A stretch of 64,000 nt of DNA from an uncultured Bacilli bacterium (GCA_947627435.1 CANQWB010000001.1:7952-71951), one strand, 5' to 3'; positions 29,206 to 40,112 are shown, numbered from the stretch's first letter. Translations and numbers: made by a program. The notes: generated by a model from the letters alone, not told the origin.

Positions 29206-31368
29206 ATGAAAGTAATCAAAAGAGATGGACATATGGTAGATTATTGCCCAGAAAAAATAGAGGCTGCCATTGAAAAAGCAAACAAAGAGGTGGAAGAGGA
29301 AGAACAAGCTTCTAGTACCCAAATCAAAAACATTATTAAATATATTGAAAAATTAGGAAAGAAAAGAATTTTAGTAGAAGATATCCAAGACATTATTGAG
29401 ATGAAATTGATGTCAATTGGAAAATATACACTTGCCAAAAAATATATCACATATCGTTATACAAGAGAGTTGGTACGTAGAAGTAATACAACTGACCGTG
29501 CCATCAAAGAATTAATCGATGGTGAAAACGAATATTGGAATACCGAAAATTCAAATAAAAATGCTAAAGTAGTTACAACCCAAAGAGATTATTTAGCAGG
29601 TATTACAAGTACCGATATTACCAAAAGATTTTTACTTCCAGAAGATATTGTGCAAGCACATGACGATGGAATTATCCATTTCCATGATGCCGATTATTTT
29701 GCACAAAATGCATTACATAACTGTGATTTGATTAACTTAGAAGATATGCTTCAAAATGGAACCAATATCAATGGAGTTATGATTGAAAAACCACATAGAT
29801 TTTTAACGGCAGTTACGATTGCAACTCAACTTATTACTGCTGTAAACTCTAGTCAATATGGTGGATGTACCATTACATTAACGCATTTGGCACCATTTGT
29901 AAGGGAAAGTTACAATCGCTATATTGATAAATATAAAAAGAGAAAATTTAGTAAAGAAGATTGTGAAAAATATGCAAAAGAAGATTTACAGAAAGAAGTT
30001 GTAGATGGGGTACAAACCTTCCAATATCAAATTAATTCTATGACTACGACCAATGGACAATCTCCTTTCTTAAGTGTATGTATGTATTTAGGCGAAACAG
30101 AAGAATATAAAGAAGAACTTGCGATGATTATAGAAGAAGTATTAAAACAACGTATTCAAGGTATGAAAAATGAAAAAGGTGTTTATATTACTCCAGCATT
30201 TCCAAAACTTTTATACGTGTTAGAAGAAGACAATATTCATAAGAATTCTAAATACTATTACTTAACAAAATTAGCAGCAGAATGTACTGCAAAGCGCATG
30301 GTACCTGATTATATTTCTGAAAAGATCATGAAACAATTAAAGGTAGATAAAAATGGGGATGGTCAATGTTATCCATGTATGGGATGTCGTTCTTTCTTAA
30401 CACCTTATGTAGATGAAAATGGAAAACCAAAATATTATGGTAGATTTAATCAAGGTGTAGTTACCATCAATTTAGTCGATGTTGCTCTATCTTCTGATAA
30501 AAATATGGATGATTTCTGGAAAATTTTTGATGAACGTTTAGAGTTATGCCATAGAGCACTACAAATAAGACATAAAAGATTAAGCAAAGCGGTATCTGAT
30601 GTTGCGCCAATTTTATGGCAATATGGTGCCTTAGCACGTCTCAAAAAAGGGGAAAGTATTCATGAATTATTACACCATGGATATTCTACAATTTCTTTAG
30701 GATATGCAGGTCTATATGAATGCGTAAAATATATGACAGGACATAGCCATACTGATAATGGAAAAGGAAAAGAATTTGGACTTGAAGTAATGCAACATAT
30801 GGTTGATAAATGTAATGAATGGAAAGCGACTGAGGATATTGACTACAGTGTTTATGGAACTCCTATTGAATCTACTACTTATAAATTTGCAAAATGCTTA
30901 AGAGAACGTTTTGGTCGTATTAAAGGAATTACAGATAGAGATTATATTACCAATTCATATCATGTTCCTGTATTTGAAGAAATTGATGCTTTTACTAAAT
31001 TAAAATTGGAAAGTGAATTCCAAAGATTAAGTCCAGGTGGTGCGATTTCTTATATTGAAACTCCTAATTTATCAAATAATTTAGATGCAGTTATGGAAGT
31101 AATTCAATTTATCTATGATAACATTATGTATGCGGAATTAAATACGAAATTAGATTATTGTCAAGAATGTGGATACACAGGTGAAATCTTAATTGACGAT
31201 GATTTAGAATGGTATTGTCCAAACTGTGGAAATAGAGATCATGATAAGTTAAATGTAGCACGTCGTACTTGTGGATATATCGGAGCAAATTTCTGGAACA
31301 AAGGTAGAACACAAGAAATCAAAGAAAGAGTTGTACATATCGACAACAAAGATGCTGAGGCTGTATAA
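29206..31368 (+). CDS. nrdD: anaerobic ribonucleoside-triphosphate reductase
   Basis: 720 aa; N-terminal ATP-cone (VIKRDGHMVDY); C-terminal Zn-ribbon CQECGY..CPNCGN and glycyl radical motif RRTCGYIG. Confidence 0.9.
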   Translation: MKVIKRDGHMVDYCPEKIEAAIEKANKEVEEEEQASSTQIKNIIKYIEKLGKKRILVEDIQDIIEMKLMSIGKYTLAKKYITYRYTRELVRRSNTTDRAIKELIDGENEYWNTENSNKNAKVVTTQRDYLAGITSTDITKRFLLPEDIVQAHDDGIIHFHDADYFAQNALHNCDLINLEDMLQNGTNINGVMIEKPHRFLTAVTIATQLITAVNSSQYGGCTITLTHLAPFVRESYNRYIDKYKKRKFSKEDCEKYAKEDLQKEVVDGVQTFQYQINSMTTTNGQSPFLSVCMYLGETEEYKEELAMIIEEVLKQRIQGMKNEKGVYITPAFPKLLYVLEEDNIHKNSKYYYLTKLAAECTAKRMVPDYISEKIMKQLKVDKNGDGQCYPCMGCRSFLTPYVDENGKPKYYGRFNQGVVTINLVDVALSSDKNMDDFWKIFDERLELCHRALQIRHKRLSKAVSDVAPILWQYGALARLKKGESIHELLHHGYSTISLGYAGLYECVKYMTGHSHTDNGKGKEFGLEVMQHMVDKCNEWKATEDIDYSVYGTPIESTTYKFAKCLRERFGRIKGITDRDYITNSYHVPVFEEIDAFTKLKLESEFQRLSPGGAISYIETPNLSNNLDAVMEVIQFIYDNIMYAELNTKLDYCQECGYTGEILIDDDLEWYCPNCGNRDHDKLNVARRTCGYIGANFWNKGRTQEIKERVVHIDNKDAEAV

Positions 31369-31877
31369 TGCGATATAATAAAGTAAGAAAAATGGATATT
31401 TCCAATGGACCAGGAGTCAGAGTTTCTATCTTTATGCAAGGCTGTGTATTTCATTGTAAAGGATGTTTTAATCCAGAAACACATGATTTTAATGGCGGAA
31501 AAGAATTTACGAAAGATACCATTGAACATGTATTAGAGTTATGTGACAAAGAATATATTGTAGGGTTGTCAATTCTAGGTGGGGAACCATTACATCCTAA
31601 AAATAGAGAAGGAACATTAGAACTTGCGAAAGCATTTAAGGAACGTTTTCCTGAAAAAAATTTGTGGGTATGGTCTGGTTTCCTTTGGGATAGAGATTTA
31701 AAAGATTTAGAAATCATGAACTATATTGATGTTTTAGTAGATGGTCAATATCAGAGTGAATTATATAGCCCTCTATTAAGATGGAAAGGTTCTTCTAATC
31801 AAAGAGTCATTGATGTACAAGCATCACTGAAAAAGAAAAAAGTTGTATTATTTGAAGAAGAAGGAGTACTTGTATGA
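31368..31877 (+). CDS. nrdG: anaerobic ribonucleotide reductase activating protein (radical SAM)
   Basis: 169 aa; CVFHCKGC (CxxxCxxC) cluster; translationally coupled to nrdD. Confidence 0.85.
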   Translation: MRYNKVRKMDISNGPGVRVSIFMQGCVFHCKGCFNPETHDFNGGKEFTKDTIEHVLELCDKEYIVGLSILGGEPLHPKNREGTLELAKAFKERFPEKNLWVWSGFLWDRDLKDLEIMNYIDVLVDGQYQSELYSPLLRWKGSSNQRVIDVQASLKKKKVVLFEEEGVLV

Positions 31878-32332
31878 AAACAAGAGGGTTTGAAATTGCT
31901 AAAGGATGGGAAGATAAAGATATTCATCTTCCAAAAAGAAGTACAGCACATGCTGCTGGGTATGATGTGGAAGCTGCAGAAGATGTTGTGATTCCTCCAT
32001 TTCAACCAGGAATGAAACCTACTTTAATTCCAACTGGATTAAAAGCATATTGTGCACCAGATGAGTGGTATATGCTTGCGAATCGAAGTTCAGGTCCTAA
32101 AAAAGGATTTGTTATGGCAAATAGTATTGGAATTGTAGATTCGGATTATTATGGAAATGAGTCAAATGATGGACATTTCTATTTTCAATATATCAATATT
32201 TTAGACCATGATTTAGAAGTAAAAAAAGGAGATATTATTGGACAAGTAATTTTCCAAAAATATTTATTAGTAGATGACGATCATGCAGAAGGTATTAGAA
32301 CTGGAGGTTTTGGTTCTACTGATAAAAAATAA
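31874..32332 (+). CDS. dut: dUTP diphosphatase
   Basis: 152 aa; motifs AAGYDV, RSSG, GIVDSDYYG typical of trimeric dUTPases. Confidence 0.85.
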   Translation: MKTRGFEIAKGWEDKDIHLPKRSTAHAAGYDVEAAEDVVIPPFQPGMKPTLIPTGLKAYCAPDEWYMLANRSSGPKKGFVMANSIGIVDSDYYGNESNDGHFYFQYINILDHDLEVKKGDIIGQVIFQKYLLVDDDHAEGIRTGGFGSTDKK

Positions 32333-32454
32333 ACGACTGATAATGGTCGTTTTTATGTTATTATGCATATAGATGATAAAGGTAATCTATGTTTTTTTAT
32401 AATTTGATTTGGAATTTATGGTATAATGTATAGTAAGGGTATGGAGATGATATT

Positions 32455-33372
32455 GTGATTATATTAACATCTGGTAAAAAATATATCGATATTGATGCGT
32501 ATGCAAGTTGTATTGCATATCGAGAACTATTATGTATGCAAGGAATAGATGCTAAGTTTGTTAGTAATTCAAATATCAATTATAGTGTTACAGAAAGCTT
32601 AAAAAAGCTTCCCTTTACGATGGACAATTATGCACCAGCAGATAATGACCAGTTTATTATACTAGATGTTTCAAATAAAGATTTTTTTGCGGATTATGTA
32701 GCTCAAGATAAAATTATTGAAATTATTGATCATCATCCTGGATATGAGGAGTATTGGACCAATGTTATAGGAAATAAAGCAACTATAGAATCTATTGGTT
32801 CTGTTGCGACAATTATTGTTGAGAAGTATGAAAAATATGGTTTTTTAGATAGAATGGATAAATCAGTCGCTAAACTATTAATGGCAGCCATTTTAGATAA
32901 CACATTAAATTTTACTGCAAAAATCACAAGTGATAGAGACAAAAATGCATACCAAAAGTTACAAGCTATATCAGAAATTCAAAATTTTGACCAAGTATAT
33001 TTTAGTGAATGCCAAGCAAGAATAGAAAAAAATCTTGCGGATTCTATTCTGAACGATGTCAAAGTAGAAACAGTAAATGAATATTTGCCAAAAACTCTGG
33101 GGCAATTGACAATTTGGAGTATAGATTCTATTTTAAAAATGCTAGATGTAGTAACTCAAACAATGAATACATTTGGAAGTGAATGGCTAATCAATATAAT
33201 TGCTTTAAAAGATAAAAAAAGTTATATATTTTGCTCTGATAATCAAGTTAAGGAACAAATATCTTTATTATTTAATGAATCTATGGAAAATGAAAGATTA
33301 GTAATAGTACCCATTACACTCAGAAAAGAGATTATTAAACGAGCGATTGAAAAAAAATTAAAGACTAGATAA
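32455..33372 (+). CDS. DHH-family phosphoesterase (NrnA-like)
   Basis: 305 aa; DHH motif IIEIIDHHPG, DxD-like N-terminal motifs. Confidence 0.6.
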   Translation: MIILTSGKKYIDIDAYASCIAYRELLCMQGIDAKFVSNSNINYSVTESLKKLPFTMDNYAPADNDQFIILDVSNKDFFADYVAQDKIIEIIDHHPGYEEYWTNVIGNKATIESIGSVATIIVEKYEKYGFLDRMDKSVAKLLMAAILDNTLNFTAKITSDRDKNAYQKLQAISEIQNFDQVYFSECQARIEKNLADSILNDVKVETVNEYLPKTLGQLTIWSIDSILKMLDVVTQTMNTFGSEWLINIIALKDKKSYIFCSDNQVKEQISLLFNESMENERLVIVPITLRKEIIKRAIEKKLKTR

Positions 33373-33730
33373 AAATAACAAAAACGACTATACAAAGGTC
33401 GTTTTTTATGTTATGATGTATATAGATGAAGGAAACTTCATAAAATAAAAAGGATATACTTAACTTTTTCGTGGTTAGGTACATTCCATTAAATGGTTTT
33501 GCACACTAATACTTCATCAGATGAAACGTTAGTGTGCTTTTTCTATTTATATAGTAAAGTGAATACTAAAATAAATAGGAGGATAATTATAATAAATTGA
33601 GATTTTTCTCTTTTTGTTATAAAAACCACCTCCTTTATCAATAAATATAAAGGAGTGCACCTAACGCTAGTTCAGTATATCCATTTTAATTATATCAAAC
33701 ATATGTTTGTTATACAATAGAAAAATCCAA

Positions 33731-34264
33731 TTAACTGGATTTTTTTGTACTTTGTAAAAAAGTTTCAATATGTTTTAATGTATTAGAATCAATAAAATGT
33801 TCTACTTTTTCCACTTGTTCTAATTGAAAATCTTCTTCACTAATCATTTTAAATAGAGATTCTAATAATTCATGTCTCCATAATAAATATTTTCCCATAG
33901 AACTTCCTTTTTCTGTTAAATCAATATTCCCATAACGTTCAAACGTAATTAGTTGTTCCTTTTTTAATCTTGTACACATCTTACTAACAGAAGATGGTTT
34001 GACATTGAGTGAACTTGCTAATTGTTTTACTGTAATTGGTGATTCTACTTGAGAGATACGATAAATCATTTCTAAATAATCTTCCATAGAAGCAGTTAAT
34101 GCCGTATGATTTTTACTACGATATCCTTGTAAAGTATAAAATTCACTTTTTTCCATTGATAAGTGTCCCCCTTTTCCAAACCCATCATATAGTAATATAG
34201 AAGTTAGCTTATGGAAACTTCTATCAAAATTTATGAAATATAGAGGTGAAATATGATGAGTCAA
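33731..34264 (-). CDS. DtxR/MntR-family metal-dependent transcriptional regulator (probable true start at MEKSEFY, about 34158)
   Basis: HTH then metal-binding/dimerisation region (LTEKGSSMGKYLLWRHELLESLF); divergent from feoAB. Confidence 0.75.
   Translation of the reverse strand: MTHHISPLYFINFDRSFHKLTSILLYDGFGKGGHLSMEKSEFYTLQGYRSKNHTALTASMEDYLEMIYRISQVESPITVKQLASSLNVKPSSVSKMCTRLKKEQLITFERYGNIDLTEKGSSMGKYLLWRHELLESLFKMISEEDFQLEQVEKVEHFIDSNTLKHIETFLQSTKKSS
34198..34223. promoter_or_regulatory. inverted repeat TAGAAGTT-N10-AACTTCTA between dtxR-like gene and feoA (candidate metalloregulator operator)
   Basis: Perfect 8-bp arms read directly from sequence, 30 bp upstream of feoA start. Confidence 0.4.
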
Positions 34265-34492
34265 ACATTAGATACCTTAACTGTTGGAGATATCGGATAT
34301 ATTGAATCCATTGCATCCGAAGGAAGTATCAGAAGACGTTTTTTGGATATGGGAATGACACCTGGATGCCGTATTCAATGTGTGCTTTCTAGTCCAAATA
34401 AAAATCCAATGGCTTATTGGATTCGAGGCGCACTGATTGCCATTCGAATGGAAGATGCAAAGGGAATTATGGTAAGGAAGGCGGAGGCATGA
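34253..34492 (+). CDS. feoA: ferrous iron transport protein A
   Basis: 79 aa FeoA/SH3-like domain; stop overlaps feoB start (ATGA). Confidence 0.8.
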   Translation: MMSQTLDTLTVGDIGYIESIASEGSIRRRFLDMGMTPGCRIQCVLSSPNKNPMAYWIRGALIAIRMEDAKGIMVRKAEA

Positions 34493-36567
34493 TTTCACAA
34501 GAGAAAATGGAAAAAGTAATTGCTTTAGCAGGTAATCCTAATGTCGGAAAAAGTACTGTCTTCAATGAATTAACAGGTTTGCACCAACATACTGGTAATT
34601 GGCCTGGAAAAACAGTCAGCAACGCATCAGGGCTTTGTAGTTATCGTTATACCAACTACACCATATATGATTTACCAGGAACGTATTCTTTAATTGCCCA
34701 TTCACAAGAGGAAGAAGTTGCAAGAGATTTTTTATGCTTTGAACATTATGATGCTGTTATTGTTGTATGTGATGCAGTATGTTTAGAGAGAAATCTAAAT
34801 TTAGTCTTACAAACATTGGAAATAACGGATAAAGTAGTTGTTTGTGTGAATTTACTAGATGAAGCAAAGAAAAAGAAAATTAAAATTAACTTGAAAAAAT
34901 TATCGCAAACATTAGGTGTACCTGTTGTTGGAACTAGTGCAAGAAGTAAAAAGGGATTAGATAAATTAGTAGAAACAATGGACGATTTGGTATATCAAAA
35001 AATAAAAAATGATCCAATACATCCTACATATACTCCATTTGTAGAACAGGCCATCGAAATGGTAGAACAAGAATTAAATAAAATAAAAATCAATGGTAAT
35101 ACAAGATGGTTAGCAATGCAATTGTTAGATCACGATGATGTACCAATGATGATGGATTGCCCATTAGAAACAATAGAAAATTTACAAAATAAAATTGAAG
35201 AAGCTAGAATTTTACTTTATCATAATGGTGTTGCACAGGGACATGTCAAAGATATTTTTGTATCTACTTTAATGCAATTATCAGAAAATATTTGCCATGA
35301 AGTCGTTACCTATGAAAATGAAAATTATATGGAACGTGATTTAAAAATAGACCATATTGTTACAAGTAGAAAAATAGGAATTCCGCTAATGATTGTTTTA
35401 TTGATGGTCGTCTTTTGGATTACGATTGTAGGTGCGAACTATCCATCTGAAATATTGTCTAATTTTTTATTTGGATTTGAAAAATATTTCTTACAATTTC
35501 TAGAATTTTTACATGCACCAATTTGGCTTTCCAATATGCTTGTTTTTGGAATGTATCGTGTACTTGCATGGGTTGTTGCCGTAATGTTACCACCGATGGC
35601 GATATTCTTTCCACTATTTACATTATTAGAAGATTTGGGCTATTTACCAAGAATTGCTTTTAATATGGATCATGCCTTTAAAAAATGTTCTGCTTGCGGG
35701 AAACAAGCGCTAACCATGACGATGGGATTTGGATGTAATGCGGTAGGTGTTACGGGATGTCGTATTATTGATTCTCCAAGAGAACGATTGATTGCGATAT
35801 TAACCAATAATTTTGTGCCATGCAATGGAAGATTTCCTGCACTCATTTCTGTGATTACAATGTTTTTTATTGGTTTTCAATCAAGTGTAGGGACAACTTT
35901 TTTAAGTGTTGTTTTACTTACTAGTATCATTTTAATTGGAATTGGAATGACACTATTTGTATCTAAAATGTTGTCCAGAACGATATTGAGAGGAGTACCA
36001 TCTTCTTTTACATTAGAATTACCACCGTACCGAAAACCACAGGTCGGGAAAGTGATTATTCGTTCTATTTTTGACCGTACTTTATTTGTATTAGGAAGAG
36101 CAGTGTCGGTTGCTGCTCCTGCAGGTATTTTCATTTGGTTACTTTCTAATATTCAAATTGAACAAATTTCTTTATTACAAATGTGTGCTAATTTTTTAGA
36201 TCCTTTTGCACATGCGATCGGATTAGACGGGGTCATTTTAGTTGCATTTATTTTAGGATTTCCAGCCAATGAAATTGTCATTCCTCTGATTATGATGGGA
36301 TATATGGCTTCTGGAACCATTACGGAATATTCTAGTTTAATGGCACTAAAAACCTTACTAGTCGATCATGGCTGGACTTGGTTAACTGCTCTTTGTTTTA
36401 TGATTTTTTCTTTAATGCATTTTCCATGTTCAACCACTTGTTTAACCATAAAAAAAGAAACAGGAAGTTGGAAATGGGTAGGAGTATCTGTATTGATTCC
36501 AACTATTATTGGAATTGTATTTTGTTTTATACTGACTACATTTGTACGTTATTTTGGAATCATTTGA
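34489..36567 (+). CDS. feoB: ferrous iron transport protein B
   Basis: N-terminal G-domain GNPNVGKST, DLPG; C-terminal polytopic membrane domain; start set at MISQEK with RBS GGAGG. Confidence 0.9.
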   Translation: MISQEKMEKVIALAGNPNVGKSTVFNELTGLHQHTGNWPGKTVSNASGLCSYRYTNYTIYDLPGTYSLIAHSQEEEVARDFLCFEHYDAVIVVCDAVCLERNLNLVLQTLEITDKVVVCVNLLDEAKKKKIKINLKKLSQTLGVPVVGTSARSKKGLDKLVETMDDLVYQKIKNDPIHPTYTPFVEQAIEMVEQELNKIKINGNTRWLAMQLLDHDDVPMMMDCPLETIENLQNKIEEARILLYHNGVAQGHVKDIFVSTLMQLSENICHEVVTYENENYMERDLKIDHIVTSRKIGIPLMIVLLMVVFWITIVGANYPSEILSNFLFGFEKYFLQFLEFLHAPIWLSNMLVFGMYRVLAWVVAVMLPPMAIFFPLFTLLEDLGYLPRIAFNMDHAFKKCSACGKQALTMTMGFGCNAVGVTGCRIIDSPRERLIAILTNNFVPCNGRFPALISVITMFFIGFQSSVGTTFLSVVLLTSIILIGIGMTLFVSKMLSRTILRGVPSSFTLELPPYRKPQVGKVIIRSIFDRTLFVLGRAVSVAAPAGIFIWLLSNIQIEQISLLQMCANFLDPFAHAIGLDGVILVAFILGFPANEIVIPLIMMGYMASGTITEYSSLMALKTLLVDHGWTWLTALCFMIFSLMHFPCSTTCLTIKKETGSWKWVGVSVLIPTIIGIVFCFILTTFVRYFGII

Positions 36568-36650
36568 TTCCTTTTTTGTCAAATTATAGGAGATGAAAAT
36601 TCTTCTATAAAAAAATAACCCTCAATATAGTTTACTATAGGAGGGAACCT

Positions 36651-39278
36651 ATGAGATTAAATACTAATGTGGCTACAGGTTTGACAGAAGCAGAAGTAGA
36701 AAAAAATAAAGAACAATATGGAAGCAACCAAATCACAACGATAGAACAAACAGGATTTATGAAAAAATTACTAGAAACATTAGGAGATCCTATTATTCGT
36801 ATTCTTTTGATTGCACTTGGAATCAAAGTCGTTTTTTTAATTCAAGATTTTGACTGGTATGAAACTGTTGGGATTGTAATCGCCATTTTTATTGCATCTT
36901 TTATTTCTACCATTTCCGAATATGGAAGTGAACAAGCTTTTATCAAATTACAGGAAGAATCTTCTAAAATCAAATGTCGTGTGAGAAGAAATGGAAAAAT
37001 AGTAGAAATTAGTGTCGATGATGTCGTGGCAGGAGATATTGTTTTACTAGAATCTGGGGATAAAATACCTGCTGATGGGATCATTGTAGATGGTGAAATT
37101 AGTGTCGATGAATCTTCTATCAATGGCGAAACAAAAGAAGCGTATAAATATCCAGTAACTGGTGAAATAACAGAAAAAAATCAAGTATATCGTGGAACTG
37201 TTGTCTATTCTAAACAAGCATGTATGTTAGTAACAAAAGTAGGAAATGATACTTTATATGGTAAATTAGCGTCTGAACTTTTGGAACAACAACCAGAAAG
37301 CCCTTTAAAAATTCGTTTGAGAGGTCTTGCGCAAATTATTAGTAAGATTGGTTATGTAGGAGCAGTGTTGGTATCAATTTCCTATTTGTTTTCAGTTATT
37401 TTTATTGCCAATCAATTTCAAATGGATAAAGTAACTGCTCTCGTTACCAATTTTCCAGTTATGATTGGACATGTTCTATATGCACTTACCTTAAGTGTAA
37501 CGATTATTGTAGTGGCAGTTCCAGAAGGACTTCCGATGATGATTACACTCGTTCTTTCTTCCAATATGAAACGTATGCTCAAAAATCATGTATTGGTTAG
37601 AAAAATGGTTGGAATTGAAACGGCAGGAAGCATCAATATTTTATTTACTGATAAAACGGGAACATTAACCAAAGGAAAATTAGAAGTTACTCATTTTGTA
37701 AGTGGAAGTTTAAAAGAATATCATAATATGTTTGAGTTGGAAAGATATTCTAAGTTATACCATTTGTTTGCAGTTTCTTCTATTTATAATAATGCGAGTA
37801 CATTTGACGAAAATAAAAATGTCATTGGCGGCAATATTACAGATCGTGCCCTTTTACAATTTGTAGGACCAAAGGAAATGCCCGTACAAGTATTAGAGAC
37901 AATTCCTTTTAACAGCAAAGAAAAATATTCTTGTGCAACCATAAGAGATGACAATCACAAACAAAAATTAATCAAAGGAGCACCAGAAAAAATTTTAGAA
38001 CATTGTACTCATTATTATGATGAATTAGGAAATAAAAAATCTTTATACAATAAAACCAATATTACTGCATATTTAAATCGTATGACTAAAATGGGAATTC
38101 GCATTCTGGCCCTTGCTATTAATGATAATTATGATGTGAAAGATACATTCTATAATATTACACTTGTCGGATTTGTCTTAATCAAAGATGAGGTTCGCAA
38201 AGAAGCCATTACAGGAATTGATTTGGTCAAACAAGCACATATTCAAACGGTTATGATTACAGGCGACAATAAAGAAACTGCTTATACGATTGGAAAAGAA
38301 GTAGGATTGATTGAAGGTAGTCATGATTTGGTACTTACCAGTGATGAATTAAAACAAAAAACAGATGAAGAAGTAAAAATTTTATTACCCAATTTGCGAA
38401 TTGTTGCAAGAGCATTACCACAAGATAAAAGTAGATTAGTTCGTTTGGCACAAGAATTAGATTTAGTCGTAGGTATGACTGGTGATGGCGTCAATGATGC
38501 ACCGGCTTTAAAAAAAGCTGACGTTGGTTTTGCAATGGGAAGTGGAACAGAAGTATCCAAAGAAGCTAGTGATATTGTAATTTTAGATGATAATTTCTTG
38601 TCCATTTCCAAAGCCATTTTATTTGGTAGAACAATATTCAAAAGTATTCGTAAATTTATCATTGTCCAATTAACGATTAATTTCTGTGCAATCAGTTTAT
38701 CTATTATTGGACCATTTATTGGCATTGATACACCAATTACCGTCATTCAAATGTTGTGGATCAATATGGTCATGGATACCCTTGCAGGTCTTGCCTTTGC
38801 TTACGAGCCACCATTACTAGAATATATGAAAGAATATCCAAAGAAAAAAGAAGAACCAATTATTAACTCTTATATGATGCAACAAATTGTAGTAACAGGA
38901 CTTTATTCTGCTTTACTATGTATCTTATTTTTAAAACTGCCAATGGTTAAAAACTGGTTTTTAGATAATGAAGCAGAATTTATGACAGCATTTTTTGGAC
39001 TATTTATCTTTATTGATATTTTTAATAGTTTTAATGCAAGAACACACCGTCTGAATTTATTAGCTAATATTGAAAAGAATCGTGTCTTTTTAGCTATTAT
39101 GATATTTGTAGTTACTGTTCAAATTATTCTAATTTATTATGGTGGTGAACTCTTCCGTACTGTTGGTTTAAATTTAAAAGAATTTGAAATTATGATTTTT
39201 CTAGCAGCTACCGTGATTCCAGTAGATTGGATGCGTAAACTTTATTTACGAAGTAAAGGACAAGTAGGAGGAGTCTAA
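36651..39278 (+). CDS. P-type cation-transporting ATPase (Ca2+-ATPase, type IIA/IIB-like)
   Basis: 875 aa; phosphorylation motif DKTGTLT, TGES-like (SGETKEA region), hinge GDGVNDAPALKKADVG, 10 TM helices. Confidence 0.85.
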   Translation: MRLNTNVATGLTEAEVEKNKEQYGSNQITTIEQTGFMKKLLETLGDPIIRILLIALGIKVVFLIQDFDWYETVGIVIAIFIASFISTISEYGSEQAFIKLQEESSKIKCRVRRNGKIVEISVDDVVAGDIVLLESGDKIPADGIIVDGEISVDESSINGETKEAYKYPVTGEITEKNQVYRGTVVYSKQACMLVTKVGNDTLYGKLASELLEQQPESPLKIRLRGLAQIISKIGYVGAVLVSISYLFSVIFIANQFQMDKVTALVTNFPVMIGHVLYALTLSVTIIVVAVPEGLPMMITLVLSSNMKRMLKNHVLVRKMVGIETAGSINILFTDKTGTLTKGKLEVTHFVSGSLKEYHNMFELERYSKLYHLFAVSSIYNNASTFDENKNVIGGNITDRALLQFVGPKEMPVQVLETIPFNSKEKYSCATIRDDNHKQKLIKGAPEKILEHCTHYYDELGNKKSLYNKTNITAYLNRMTKMGIRILALAINDNYDVKDTFYNITLVGFVLIKDEVRKEAITGIDLVKQAHIQTVMITGDNKETAYTIGKEVGLIEGSHDLVLTSDELKQKTDEEVKILLPNLRIVARALPQDKSRLVRLAQELDLVVGMTGDGVNDAPALKKADVGFAMGSGTEVSKEASDIVILDDNFLSISKAILFGRTIFKSIRKFIIVQLTINFCAISLSIIGPFIGIDTPITVIQMLWINMVMDTLAGLAFAYEPPLLEYMKEYPKKKEEPIINSYMMQQIVVTGLYSALLCILFLKLPMVKNWFLDNEAEFMTAFFGLFIFIDIFNSFNARTHRLNLLANIEKNRVFLAIMIFVVTVQIILIYYGGELFRTVGLNLKEFEIMIFLAATVIPVDWMRKLYLRSKGQVGGV

Positions 39279-39392
39279 TTTTGACATAAATGAGGTAAAA
39301 TAATTTTGTTGATCAATTAAAAATTAAACAAATCGTCGGTAATATATTGAATAAAGCATAATATCTATGTATAATTAAAATGAGGTGGCTAT

Positions 39393-39941
39393 ATGATTTA
39401 CCTGTATAAAAATTTAACGCAAAAAGGATATAGTGATTATCAAATTAAAAAAATGGTACAAAAAAACCAACTTTACATGGTTGACAAAGGGGTTTACTCT
39501 GACAAGAAAGTGTACGATCCATTAGAGGTCATTATGAAGAAACATCCCAATGCAATTGTGACATTAGAAACGGCTTGTTATTGCTACAAACTTTTAAGTC
39601 ACCCTAGTAATATTTATGTGGTGGCTACTAAACAAAAAGACCGAAAAATACTAGATGCGAACGTGAAACAAATTTATATGACAGATACACTATATCCTAT
39701 TGGTAAAAATATAGTGACATATCAATCATATCCAATTCATATTTATGATTTAGAGCGATTACTTATTGAGGTAGTACGTCATAAAACGAGTATGGATTAT
39801 GAAGTATATCATGAAATAATCAAAAGTTATCAAAAATTAAATCGGTTGTTAAATATAGAAAAATTAAAATCTTATATACAATATTTTAAAGATGACAAGA
39901 TATGGATGCGAATTGAAAAAGAGATATTTCAACAAGTGTGA
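39393..39941 (+). CDS. hypothetical protein, possible AbiEi-like winged-helix N-terminus
   Basis: 182 aa; N-terminal pattern ..QIKKMVQKNQLYMVDKGVYS reminiscent of AbiEi antitoxin wHTH; no partner nucleotidyltransferase nearby. Confidence 0.35.
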   Translation: MIYLYKNLTQKGYSDYQIKKMVQKNQLYMVDKGVYSDKKVYDPLEVIMKKHPNAIVTLETACYCYKLLSHPSNIYVVATKQKDRKILDANVKQIYMTDTLYPIGKNIVTYQSYPIHIYDLERLLIEVVRHKTSMDYEVYHEIIKSYQKLNRLLNIEKLKSYIQYFKDDKIWMRIEKEIFQQV

Positions 39942-40083
39942 TATCTCTTTTTTATATGTATTGTTTTTTAGACCTAAAAACATTCAATTGATGCAAGGTA
40001 TATAGACATCGTGAAAAAACCTATTTATAATAAAACTATATGTATGCAGTAAGTTAATAATGAATTTGGTGCTTTTAGATAGA

Positions 40084-40112
40084 TTGCAAATTTTGTCAAA
40101 GCATGGTAGAAT
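40084..40112 (+). promoter_or_regulatory. sigma-A-type promoter TTGCAA-17-TAGAAT for the LytTR regulator/kinase operon
   Basis: Near-consensus -35/-10 with 17-bp spacer; implies the true start codon is ATG at 40163. Confidence 0.5.

Noticed and set aside
33731-34264. Full 177-aa ORF call for the DtxR-like regulator and the 716-aa call for FeoB starting at 34417
   Set aside because: N-terminal extensions lack RBSs and overlap the divergent promoter or feoA; internal Mets (MEKSEFY; MISQEK with GGAGG RBS and ATGA overlap) fit the family lengths.
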